Assembly: GCA_013003425.1 (NCBI GenBank)
Contig: JABDJB010000017.1
Location: 2,794 to 66,793, forward strand
Reading direction: 5' to 3'
Source of the DNA: Gammaproteobacteria bacterium
GTDB lineage: Bacteria; Pseudomonadota; Gammaproteobacteria; Steroidobacterales; JABDKV01
Length of the DNA: 64,000 nucleotides
The notes under the pieces were generated by a model. The model searched no databases. It was not told the DNA's origin and saw only the letters and a program-made list of their open reading frames with translations. Positions 55,670 through 64,000 of the stretch are shown piece by piece (positions within the stretch are counted from its first letter, which is position 1; each line of letters begins with the position of its first letter). Made by a program: the position numbers and the translations under genes.

Positions 55670-56551
55670 TTAAGACGCGGCCATCAACTCGCCGATGAGC
55701 TGGTCCTTCTCCTGCCACAGTTCACGGACCCAGCGCTGGAAGCGCTCGCGAAACTCCGGGTCGTTCAGGTAGTCGCCGCCCAGAAATTCCTGCGGTATCT
55801 CCAGCTGCCGCACCCGCACGATAACCTTGCCGATCTGGCCGGACAGCAGCTCCCAGAATGTGCCACCACCCTGCGGGTAAACGATAGTGACATCGAGTAA
55901 CTTGTGCATGGTTTCGCCCATGGCGGCCAGAGCAAACGCGATGCCGCCCGCCTTGGGGTTCAGCAGGTATTGATACGGTGCGTCCTGTGCCTGGCGCTTT
56001 TCTTCATTGAATCGCGTTCCCTCGACAAAATTTATCAGCGACGTCGGTGTTTCACTGAAGCGGGCACAGGCCTGACGCGTGATCTCCAGGTCCTGACCGC
56101 GCAGTTCCGGGTTCTTGTCGATCTCCGCCCGCGAGTGGCGGTGCATGAAGGGCAGTTCCAGCGCCCACCATGCCAGCCCGAGCAGCGGCACCCAGATCAG
56201 CTGCTTCTTGATAAAAAACTTCAGGAAAGGAATGCGCCGGTTGAAAGTACGTTGCAACACCACGACATCGACCCACGTCTGGTGATTACTGCTTACCAGG
56301 TACCAGTCTCGGCGCCGCAGGTCTTCGTTGCCGGCAATGTCATATTTAATACCGGCCACCGTCGCAATAAAAAAATTATTGCAATCAATCCAGATTTCCC
56401 CAATTGCCTCAAGCCATCGCACGCACAGCCGGCGCCATGCCGCAATTGGAATAATCAGCTTGAGAATGGCAACGACGTAGTAGGGAATGATCCAGAACGT
56501 GAGGTTCAGTACGAACAGGATAAACCCGATGATCCCGCGTATAAGCGTCAC
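55670..56551 (-). CDS. yihG: YihG-like lysophospholipid acyltransferase
   Basis: Collinear with my recollection of E. coli YihG: SNHQTWVDVVVL (HX4D-type), FLKFFIKKQLIWVPLLGLAWWALELPFMHR, NFVEGTRF, WQEKDQLI. Confidence 0.75.
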   Translation of the reverse strand: MTLIRGIIGFILFVLNLTFWIIPYYVVAILKLIIPIAAWRRLCVRWLEAIGEIWIDCNNFFIATVAGIKYDIAGNEDLRRRDWYLVSSNHQTWVDVVVLQRTFNRRIPFLKFFIKKQLIWVPLLGLAWWALELPFMHRHSRAEIDKNPELRGQDLEITRQACARFSETPTSLINFVEGTRFNEEKRQAQDAPYQYLLNPKAGGIAFALAAMGETMHKLLDVTIVYPQGGGTFWELLSGQIGKVIVRVRQLEIPQEFLGGDYLNDPEFRERFQRWVRELWQEKDQLIGELMAAS

Positions 56552-56711
56552 TGCGTTGCACCCTGGCTTCTACTTGTAATCATCCGTCATCCAGGAATCG
56601 CCCACCAGGTAGCAATATTGGGGCCTTGTTGCTGTTTTTCAACACGAGACAGGACCCGGGGGCAAGCACTGTATCCCCCGACTCTGATGCTGCCGTGATG
56701 CTGAAAAAAAT

Positions 56712-57167
56712 TTAAGACTCTGGCGCAACCTTCTGCGCGACGAACGCGAGCGCCACGCTGCCCACAACCGCCATTATTAACATGTCTACCGTCCACCAGA
56801 ACCAGATTTCCCCGGGCAGGTTGAATACACCGGACAAAGACAGGTGATAAACCGCGACGAACAGCGTCAGTGCGACGCCGAAACCGATTCCCTTCTGCCA
56901 CCAGCTGCCGCTGAATGCCGGGCGCAGCCAACTGTAGAGGCCGGCGATAACCAGGGCGCCAATAATCCCGCTGGCAATCCACATTGGCATCAGCGCCGCC
57001 ATGTCCGGCGGCTCGGAAGTCAGCTCGGGGCGCCAGAACTCGGTGGTTTCGTCGTAGGGCGCTTCGAGCACGCCTTCATGAATCACCGGGCCGGTGAATG
57101 CCATCGCAACAACAAACTGCGCGACATACATCGCCAGCCCGCCCAACAGAACGATTTTCCAGTTCAT
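56712..57167 (-). CDS. hypothetical 4-TM membrane protein
   Basis: MNWKIVLLGGLAMYVAQFVVAMAF... with four hydrophobic segments. No family recognised. Confidence 0.45.
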   Translation of the reverse strand: MNWKIVLLGGLAMYVAQFVVAMAFTGPVIHEGVLEAPYDETTEFWRPELTSEPPDMAALMPMWIASGIIGALVIAGLYSWLRPAFSGSWWQKGIGFGVALTLFVAVYHLSLSGVFNLPGEIWFWWTVDMLIMAVVGSVALAFVAQKVAPES

Positions 57168-57229
57168 CTCGATCCCCCCTGCCACTGATTGTGCTCACTA
57201 TAGTGCATCGTCGCGCGTCCGGTTGCGGA

Positions 57230-57628
57230 TTCGCGGCTGAAGCCGCTCCTGCAGGCAGGCGCTGGTGGCTCGTTACCCGGGAAGCAGCAGATGAGCTGCG
57301 CTGCCCCCGGGAAAATGATCCATCAAATGCTGGCGGGCAGCGTCAGCGCCATCTGCAATGTTGGCACCCACCGGTTCGCGGCTGAAGCCGCTCCTACAGG
57401 CGGGGACAGGCAGGTCGCGCGGTACAGGCGGGTACCGTCAGGTCGCGCGGTACAGGCGGGTACCGTCAGGTCGCCCCGGTACAGGCGGGGACAGGCAGGT
57501 CGCCCCGGTACAGGCAGGGACAGGCAGGTCGCCCGGTACAGGCGGGACCGGCTGGTCGCCCGGTTCGCGGCTGAAGCCGCTCCTGCAGGCGGGTACCGGC
57601 AGGTCGTGGCGGCTGAAGCCGCTGCTAC
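57230..57628. repeat. composite repeat region: 4 REP cores, one copy of the GCAGATGAGCTGC hairpin family, and six 27-29-bp REP-less tandem units
   Basis: REP 20-nt cores at 57231-57250, 57376-57395 and 57565-57584, with a degenerate one at 57610-57626. Tandem units ACAGGCGGG..CAGGTCGC..CGGT at 57396, 57424, 57452, 57481, 57510 and 57538. Confidence 0.9.
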
Positions 57629-57662
57629 TGTATATAAGGACAGTATAGGCTATGCTAGGGCG

Positions 57663-60600
57663 GTGAGCCTGGAAGCCTTCCATCCTGCCGTCAGCCAGTG
57701 GTTCAGCGAAACGTTGGGTCGCCCGACCGAGGTACAGCAGCGCGCCTGGCCCAGCATCGGGCTGCGGCGCCATACCCTTCTGGCCGCACCGACCGGTTCG
57801 GGCAAAACGCTGGCAGCGTTTCTGTCAGCCATTGACGACCTGGTACGCGAAGGCCTCGAGCGCGGGCTGCCGGATGAAACCCGTGTGTTGTACATCTCGC
57901 CGTTAAAGGCGCTGTCTAACGATATCCAGAAAAACCTGCAGCAGCCGCTGGAAGGTATCCGCGAAAGGTTGTTCCTGAAATATGCGCCCGGCGATGTGGA
58001 GATTCGCGCCTGGGTACGCACGGGTGACACGCCGGCGCACGAAAGACAAAAGGCAGCGCGCACGCCGCCGCATATTCTTGTTACCACGCCCGAATCGGTT
58101 TACATCCTGCTGACGTCAAAGTCGGGGCGCGAAATGCTGTCGACGGTGCGCACCGTCATTGTCGATGAAATCCACGCGATTGCGGGCAACAAACGTGGCG
58201 CTCACCTGAGCCTGAGCCTTGAACGGCTCGAGGCACTGGTACCGCACCGGCTGGCCCGTGTCGGGCTGTCGGCAACGCAGAAACCGATTGAAGGCATGGC
58301 ACGGTTTCTGGTTGGTAACCGCGATGAGTCGGTGGAAATCATTGACACAACACAGGTGTTTGCCGGCGAGGCCGGGGCACCGGCGCAACGGCCGGACATC
58401 GCCCTTGAAATACCGCGCTCTCCGCTGGCAACCATCATGTCGAACGAGGAGTGGATCGAAACCTACGACCGGCTCACTGAGTTAATCGAAGCACACAAGA
58501 CTACGCTGATTTTTGTTAACACACGGCGGCTGGCGGAACGCGCCGCGCGTCACCTTGCCGAACGAATCGGTGAAGAGTTTGTCACTGCGCACCACGGTTC
58601 ACTGTCGCGCAAGCACCGGCTGCGCGCCGAACAAAAGCTGAAAAACGGCCAGCTCAAGGCACTGGTTGCCACTGCATCACTGGAGTTGGGAATAGATATT
58701 GGCGACGTTGACCTGGTATGCCAGCTGGGCTCGCCGCGCTCGATTTCCGCATTTGTCCAAAGGGTTGGCCGCTCGGGCCACGCCGTGGGCGCAACGCCGA
58801 AGGGCCGACTGTTCCCGCTGTCACAGGACGACCTGGTTGAGTGCACCGCCATCACCGGCTGCGTCGAACGTGGCGAACTCGATCGCATCGCGATCCGCGA
58901 CAAGCCACTGGACGTACTGGCACAGCAAATTGTAGCCGAGGTTGCCGGGAAAGAGTGGGAAACCGAAGCGCTGTGGAAGGCGCTGCGCTGCGCATGGCCG
59001 TACCGCACGTTGAGGCGCGAAGAGTTTGACAACGTGATCAATATGCTGGCGCAGGGCTTTTCTACCCGTCGTGGCCGACGTGGCGCCCATATCCATCACG
59101 ATGCGGTTAACGGCCGGGTGCGGCCACGACGCGGTGCGCGCATTGTGTCGATGACCAATGGCGGCGCCATACCCGACCAGTTCGAGTACGAAGTAATACT
59201 GCAGCCGGAAGATGCGCGCATCGGCACACTGGGTGAGGATTTCGCTTTCGAAAGCCTGCCGGGCGATATCTTCCAGCTCGGCAACATGTCGTACCAGATA
59301 CAAAAAGTTGAAACCGGCCGGGTTTTTGTTACCGATGCGAACGGCCAGCCGCCCAACCTGCCGTTCTGGGTTGGCGAAGCACCGGGACGGTCTGACGAGT
59401 TGTCGCTTGCAGTATCCGATTTGCGCGGCGAAGTTGATGAACAACTGGATAACGGTCATCAGCATACCGTCGGCTGGCTGACTGAAAACTTCGGGCTGCA
59501 GCCGGAAGCGGGCACACAGCTGGTCGATTACCTGGCCAGCGCAAAGGCAGCGCTGGGCCTGGTGCCGACGCAGCAACACATTGTTTTCGAGCGGTTTTTT
59601 GATGATGCCGGCGACATGCATTTCATCATTCATGCACCGTTCGGTTCGCGCGCGAACCGTGCCTGGGGGCTGGCGCTGCGCAAGCGCTTTTGCCGCAAAT
59701 TCAACTTTGAACTGCAGGCAGCCGCGATGGAAGACTCGCTGGTGTTGTCGCTGGGGCCGACACACAGCTTTCCCATGGAAGAAGTTGCCGGTTATCTCAA
59801 AAGCCAGACGGCGCGCAAAGTACTGACGCAGGCCTTGCTCGACGCGCCAATGTTTGGCGCGCGCTGGCGCTGGAATGCAACCATTGCGCTGGCAGTGAGA
59901 CGCAATCGCAACGGCAAACGCGTGCCGCCACAGTGGCAGCGCAGTGATGCCGAAGACCTGGTCGCGCTGGTTTTTCCCGACCAGCTCGCCTGCCTCGAAA
60001 ACATCCCGGGTGAACGTGAGATACCCGATCACCCGCTGGTCAACCAGACCATTGCCGACTGCATGACCGAGACGATGGATATCGAAGCGCTGGAACAAAT
60101 CCTGCAGCGCCTCGAAGATGACGCTATCAGCGTTAAGTGCTGCGACCTGACCGGACCCTCGCCATTGTCGCAGGGCGTGATCAATGCCCGGCCCTATGCC
60201 TTCCTCGACGATGTGCCGGCGGAGGAGCGGCGTACGCTGGCCATCAGCTCGCAACGCTTCAGCGAGCCCGATGAAGCGGCGAAACTGGGCCGGCTCGACG
60301 CAGACGCCATTAAAGAAGTATGCGAACAGGCCTGGCCGGAACCGCGCACGGCGGACGAACTGCATGACGCGCTTTATGTGCTCGGCTTTATTGCGCAAGC
60401 AGAAACTGAACCCGCAAGCGACAACCTGGAATTTGGCTGGCAGCACCTGTTCGAACAGCTGGTCGGCGAAAAGCGTGCCTGCGTGATGTCCACCGGCGGC
60501 GGCGATATCTGGGCCTGCACTGAACGGTTGGCAGAAATGCGCGCAATACTGCCGGACGCAGTCTGCACGCCTGAGCTGCCGCTCGCCACGGTGGAAGTTG

Positions 60601-61739
60601 ATCCGGATACCGCGCTGGTCGATGTAATCCGCAGCCGGCTGGAAGGACTTGGCCCGGTCACTGCTGACTCACTGGCCAGACCGCCTGGCATAGATGTCGC
60701 ACGCATCGACCAGGCATTGCTGGCACTGGAAAACGAAGGCTTCGCCGTGCGTGGCCGCTTCACCGGTACTTCCGGTGACGCGCTGGAATGGTGCGACCGA
60801 CGATTGCTGGCGCGCATCCATCGCTACACCATCAAGAAAGCCCGCAAGGCCGTGCAGCCGGTTTCGAAAGCCGCCCATGCCCGCTTTACCGTGACCTGGC
60901 AGGGTGTCGGCCGCGACCGTGAAGGCCTGGCCGCCTTGCAGGCCGTGCTGGAACAGCTGGAAGGCTTTGCTGCCCCCGCACGCGCCTGGGAAAAAGAAAT
61001 TCTGCCCGCACGCATTGCCGGCTACCGCCCGGAGATGCTCGACCAGCTCTGCTCGGCCGGTCGTTTCACCTGGCTGCGTCTTGGCGCAAAAGCAAAGCCG
61101 GGCAAACGCATCCGGCCGGTACGCACAACACCGATAACCCTGATCGAACGCAGCAACCTGTCACACTGGCGGTTGTTCGGCGCACCACCCGCAGCCGATG
61201 TCATCGAGCTGACTGATAACGCACGCAGCGTGCATGGGATGCTGGCCGATCGTGGCGCATCGTTTTTCAGCGACCTGGTGCTCGACCTCGACCTGAAACA
61301 GCGTGACGTACGCGATGCCATGGCCGAGCTGGTCGCCTGGGGGCTGGTTACTTCAGACAGCTTTGCCGGGATCCGTTCGCTGGCGATGCGCCGTCCGCGA
61401 CTGGCCGACGGCCGCCGGCACTTGTCGCTGGAAGATGCCGGGCGCTGGTCCCTGCTGCGGCCACCGGCTGATGACGACGAGGCCCGCCAGGCCGCGATCG
61501 AGCATATCGGCCGCAAGCTGCTGGACCGCCACGGGGTTCTGTTCCGCAAAACGCTCGACGGCGAGCGTTTCCTGCCGCCATGGCGCGATCTGCTGCGGAT
61601 TTACTGGCGGCTCGAAGCACGAGGCGAGATTCGTGGCGGACGCTTTGTCACCGGCTACTCCGGGGAGCAGTTCGCACTGCCTGCTGCCATCCCGCTGCTA
61701 CGTCAGCAAACTCGCGATGCAACAAGTGACACGGCTTAA
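57663..61739 (+). CDS. lhr: Lhr-type large ATP-dependent DEAD/DEAH-box helicase
   Basis: FHPAVSQWFSETLGRPTEVQQRAWP, AAPTGSGKTLAAFL, VIVDEIHA, GLSATQ, HHGSLSRKHR, VATASLELGIDIG, then a long Lhr C-terminal extension. Start set at in-frame GTG 57663, because the 124 upstream codons of the track ORF are REP and tandem-repeat sequence. Confidence 0.9.
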   Translation: MSLEAFHPAVSQWFSETLGRPTEVQQRAWPSIGLRRHTLLAAPTGSGKTLAAFLSAIDDLVREGLERGLPDETRVLYISPLKALSNDIQKNLQQPLEGIRERLFLKYAPGDVEIRAWVRTGDTPAHERQKAARTPPHILVTTPESVYILLTSKSGREMLSTVRTVIVDEIHAIAGNKRGAHLSLSLERLEALVPHRLARVGLSATQKPIEGMARFLVGNRDESVEIIDTTQVFAGEAGAPAQRPDIALEIPRSPLATIMSNEEWIETYDRLTELIEAHKTTLIFVNTRRLAERAARHLAERIGEEFVTAHHGSLSRKHRLRAEQKLKNGQLKALVATASLELGIDIGDVDLVCQLGSPRSISAFVQRVGRSGHAVGATPKGRLFPLSQDDLVECTAITGCVERGELDRIAIRDKPLDVLAQQIVAEVAGKEWETEALWKALRCAWPYRTLRREEFDNVINMLAQGFSTRRGRRGAHIHHDAVNGRVRPRRGARIVSMTNGGAIPDQFEYEVILQPEDARIGTLGEDFAFESLPGDIFQLGNMSYQIQKVETGRVFVTDANGQPPNLPFWVGEAPGRSDELSLAVSDLRGEVDEQLDNGHQHTVGWLTENFGLQPEAGTQLVDYLASAKAALGLVPTQQHIVFERFFDDAGDMHFIIHAPFGSRANRAWGLALRKRFCRKFNFELQAAAMEDSLVLSLGPTHSFPMEEVAGYLKSQTARKVLTQALLDAPMFGARWRWNATIALAVRRNRNGKRVPPQWQRSDAEDLVALVFPDQLACLENIPGEREIPDHPLVNQTIADCMTETMDIEALEQILQRLEDDAISVKCCDLTGPSPLSQGVINARPYAFLDDVPAEERRTLAISSQRFSEPDEAAKLGRLDADAIKEVCEQAWPEPRTADELHDALYVLGFIAQAETEPASDNLEFGWQHLFEQLVGEKRACVMSTGGGDIWACTERLAEMRAILPDAVCTPELPLATVEVDPDTALVDVIRSRLEGLGPVTADSLARPPGIDVARIDQALLALENEGFAVRGRFTGTSGDALEWCDRRLLARIHRYTIKKARKAVQPVSKAAHARFTVTWQGVGRDREGLAALQAVLEQLEGFAAPARAWEKEILPARIAGYRPEMLDQLCSAGRFTWLRLGAKAKPGKRIRPVRTTPITLIERSNLSHWRLFGAPPAADVIELTDNARSVHGMLADRGASFFSDLVLDLDLKQRDVRDAMAELVAWGLVTSDSFAGIRSLAMRRPRLADGRRHLSLEDAGRWSLLRPPADDDEARQAAIEHIGRKLLDRHGVLFRKTLDGERFLPPWRDLLRIYWRLEARGEIRGGRFVTGYSGEQFALPAAIPLLRQQTRDATSDTA

Positions 61740-61837
61740 AACGTGAATTTGATAACAACAAAGCGTTGTTAAGGATTAAGAGTCGGCAATCCGGGAAACC
61801 CCACACTGCGATTCCGGTGTAGTCGGTGGTCCGATCC

Positions 61838-62110
61838 CTAATCAGTATAGGTCAGGCTGATTTGCTGCCCCTGCTGGCGCACTACACGCATGCACCGCGC
61901 GTTGATGTGTTCCCAGTCTTCTTCTGCAGCGCCCTGCACGGCAACGGTAACCTCGGTACCAACCGCCGGATGCTGGTCACCGTCCACTTCGAGTTGCAGC
62001 CCGGTCGGTGAAACATCCAGCGTGCGGCAGCGCCATTCATTACCTGCGTCATCCCGCAATGTGAACGGCAGCTCCACCTCGATACGGCTGTCGCGTCTTC
62101 GATCTGACAT
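61838..62110 (-). CDS. PilZ domain protein (c-di-GMP receptor candidate)
   Basis: RRRDSR (RxxxR) and DVSPTGL (D/NxSxxG) motifs at the correct spacing; 90 aa. Confidence 0.75.
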   Translation of the reverse strand: MSDRRRDSRIEVELPFTLRDDAGNEWRCRTLDVSPTGLQLEVDGDQHPAVGTEVTVAVQGAAEEDWEHINARCMRVVRQQGQQISLTYTD

Positions 62111-62262
62111 GCTGCCCTCTGTAACTGGAACAAGACGGCATTCTACCGCGCCGGGCGGCAGGTCACTGAGCTAAAGACATGGTTTGCGACAAAAACGCGG
62201 CTCGAAGGCGCTGTCCCGGTAATCGCAGTGGCTACAACCCGGCTATCCCGGCTCGAATTGGC

Positions 62263-63885
62263 TCAGTCAGGTCGGCCGAAAGCGGCGACGCCGGATAGCG
62301 ACACGCCGGCGGCGTCAGTCAGTTCGTACGACAGTCCCGCACCGGTCGGGAACCCATCGGTGCCGCGGTTGCCGAAAAAGCCGGTGAAGCTGCCATCTCC
62401 TTCCGCCTGGCCGCCGATCAACACCGTGGAATAGATGCCGTCGAACAGCAGGTTGTCGCCAATCCTGCCGCTACCACCGGCAACCCAGCTGCGGCCACCA
62501 GCGATCAGCAACAGGCCGCTTTGCACGGTCGCATTACTGAAATTGGCCAGCAGATTGGCATTACCCAGTATTCCCGTGTTGCCGCGGGCATCAGTGGGGT
62601 CAGTGCTGCCGATAAGAACGAAATTTGCAATACCGGTAATCGGCTGAGACGTGCTTACATCCGCGGCCGGTCCGTAGACCCAGTGCAGACTTTGTTCTGC
62701 AAGGCTTGCGGAAACCAGTCTTTCATTTCGCAGCGTAACTGCCGCTGTGCCGGATGCCCAGCGCCCCCAGCCAATCCCTGTTGCGGCGTCAAAGCCGTCA
62801 TCACGAATCAGAGCGGTGCCAATAGCGTACGCGTCGTCGTTCATCTGAAAAGCCGTCAGCGCCGAGTCCCTGAATGCACGCACCCCGCGGTTCGAAACCA
62901 ACGCAAACTGGTCTGCACTGATGTCGGACAGCGGGCCGCTGGACATTGCCACAGGAAAAGTAACCGGCAACCTGCCCTCGGTTACCGGTCCGTCGGTGAC
63001 TTCGATCTGCACCTCCGGTTCGGCCTCGAAGCCGGAATTTGTCCCGTCATTGGGCGGCAACTCGGGGGCCGGCCTGCGATCCGGTTTCCCGGACTCTCCC
63101 GGCCGCTTCGGGGCTTGTGGAGTCGACCGCGGCGGAAACGCCGATGCCGGTTTCACGGCGGCGATGGTCTGGCGGAATTCCTCAACGGCCTCTATGCGCC
63201 CGGGTTCACCCGCAGGAAAGATATCGATCAGCGCCGGCGGTTTTCTAGGTAAGCGCACCGGCTTTGATCGCTTGTCACGGACGTAGACAAATTCACCGGC
63301 GTTAACCAGGTATTCGCCTGTCAGGTTTTCGAGGTGCACGATGCCGTCCGTAACGCCAATGTAGAGGCCGTCCTCGATCGGATCGAGGCTGACGATTCCT
63401 GGCGGCAGCCGGCAGTCACCGGCGCACCAGACCACGCTGTAATGTGTTCCCCGTATTCCCATGGTTGCGGCAGGCGTGTCGACCGTATAGTCCTCGTGAC
63501 TACTCCGGCCGATAGACCCGGTGATTGTTCTGAAGCCGCCCTTTATCAGTTGCGTTACGGCACCGTCATCGGCGGCCACAACGACTGATCCATCCGCCTG
63601 CTCGCGCTGGTCGCCTGCCAGGAAGTATTCCTCGATAAAAAACCGCGTATCCGCGCGTAACGCGTATTTGCTGCCGTCACGCATCAGCAGCTGTCCGCGC
63701 GATCGTGCTGCCGTCACAACCAGGTCCTGTTCGTAGACAGCGTCGTCCTTTTTGAGAATGACGTTCTTGTCACGTTCGGCTGTAACGGTGCCGCTGACGT
63801 ACAGCATCTTACCTGCCTCAGGAGCTGCTGCGACCGGCATGGCTATCGCCGCGAGCATGATCAGCACTGTGACACGCACCGTCAT
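62263..63885 (-). CDS. secreted FecR-domain protein with Pro-rich linker and TbpB-like C-terminal beta-barrel domain
   Basis: Sec signal peptide without lipobox (MTVRVTVLIMLAAIAMPVAAA). FecR motifs (LLMRDGSKYALRADTRF; TVDTPAATMGIRGTHYSV). Pro-rich 60-aa linker. The C-terminus ...LLANFSNATVQSGLLL...WVAGGSGRIGDNLLFDG...GDGSFTGFFGNRG...GVAAFGRPD follows the pattern of TbpB/fHbp-type 8-strand barrels. Confidence 0.6.
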   Translation of the reverse strand: MTVRVTVLIMLAAIAMPVAAAPEAGKMLYVSGTVTAERDKNVILKKDDAVYEQDLVVTAARSRGQLLMRDGSKYALRADTRFFIEEYFLAGDQREQADGSVVVAADDGAVTQLIKGGFRTITGSIGRSSHEDYTVDTPAATMGIRGTHYSVVWCAGDCRLPPGIVSLDPIEDGLYIGVTDGIVHLENLTGEYLVNAGEFVYVRDKRSKPVRLPRKPPALIDIFPAGEPGRIEAVEEFRQTIAAVKPASAFPPRSTPQAPKRPGESGKPDRRPAPELPPNDGTNSGFEAEPEVQIEVTDGPVTEGRLPVTFPVAMSSGPLSDISADQFALVSNRGVRAFRDSALTAFQMNDDAYAIGTALIRDDGFDAATGIGWGRWASGTAAVTLRNERLVSASLAEQSLHWVYGPAADVSTSQPITGIANFVLIGSTDPTDARGNTGILGNANLLANFSNATVQSGLLLIAGGRSWVAGGSGRIGDNLLFDGIYSTVLIGGQAEGDGSFTGFFGNRGTDGFPTGAGLSYELTDAAGVSLSGVAAFGRPD

Positions 63886-64000
63886 CTTGCCACCCGGAAA
63901 GATGCGCCGATCTCAATGCGGTCGTAATCGAAGATAGGAACATTCGAATCGTTATTTGCATAACGAACACTCGGGACGAAACTCCACCCTGGCATCGGCC
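63882..64000 (-). CDS. 3' end of an outer-membrane barrel gene (possible DUF560/Slam-type; 5' part beyond window end)
   Basis: Manual translation gives ...PMPGWSFVPSVRYANNDSNVPIFDYDRIEIGASFRVAR*. The stop overlaps the downstream ATG (ATGA at 63882-63885). The SN-x-P-(I/L)-(F/Y)-x-Y-x-R motif resembles my memory of the Slam C-terminus. Only 38 codons are visible. Confidence 0.35.
   Translation of the reverse strand, partial: PMPGWSFVPSVRYANNDSNVPIFDYDRIEIGASFRVAR

Noticed and set aside
57291-57662. 124-codon N-terminal extension of the lhr ORF (and the 88-codon extension of ORF 51500..52366)
   Set aside because: The extensions consist of REP cores and tandem 28-bp or 65-bp repeats. The conserved protein N-termini begin at the in-frame GTG 57663 and ATG 51764.
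58821-60446. Very long antisense ORFs: 58821..60446 (-), 25212..26393 (-), 30859..32169 (+), 15098..16135 (+), 17322..18197 (+), 40267..41067 (-)
   Set aside because: Each lies entirely inside, and opposite to, a confidently identified gene (lhr, priA, ntrY, GldG-like, ABC permease/ATPase, smg/topA). They have Arg/Gln/His-rich shadow composition typical of high-GC genomes.

Overview
GC-rich (roughly 60% by eye, not computed) chromosomal segment of a gammaproteobacterium. It is about 90% coding with around 65 genes. I saw no rRNA, tRNA, integrase, transposase or cas genes. The backbone is housekeeping: priA-argS-SPOR; the conserved block ntrX-ntrY-DUF4390-rsmB-fmt-def / lysM-dprA-smg-topA-tsaC-hemF; and hemH, hemB, aroE, tag, lhr. 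Six modules are less well understood. (i) TetR + HAE3/MMPL-type RND + LolA-like protein + beta-barrel OMP (4.2-9.3 kb). (ii) GldG-type ABC system + DUF4340 (14.2-18.9 kb). (iii) An HNH nuclease / 5'-3' exonuclease / fructosamine-kinase-like operon (19.2-21.6 kb). (iv) An ECF sigma operon with DUF3619, DUF3106 and an 11-residue Arg/Asp-repeat periplasmic protein (21.7-23.9 kb). (v) A second ECF sigma/anti-sigma operon ending in an EGKCG-repeat Cys-rich secreted peptide of the HvfA/bufferin-2 type, with no maturase genes anywhere in the window (46.9-48.65 kb); this is my top candidate. (vi) A FecR-domain protein with a TbpB-like C-terminal barrel, next to a truncated OMP gene that may be Slam/DUF560 (type XI secretion), at the window end. 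Non-coding space is dominated by one REP family (GTAGGAGCGGCTTCAGCCGCGAA plus stem-compensated variants, more than 25 copies). The copies form tandem arrays with 48-, 65-, 50- and 28-bp periods. In one array the 20-nt REP core is either present or precisely absent between otherwise homologous units. All protein family calls come from reading the translations and recalling family motifs; no database search was run.
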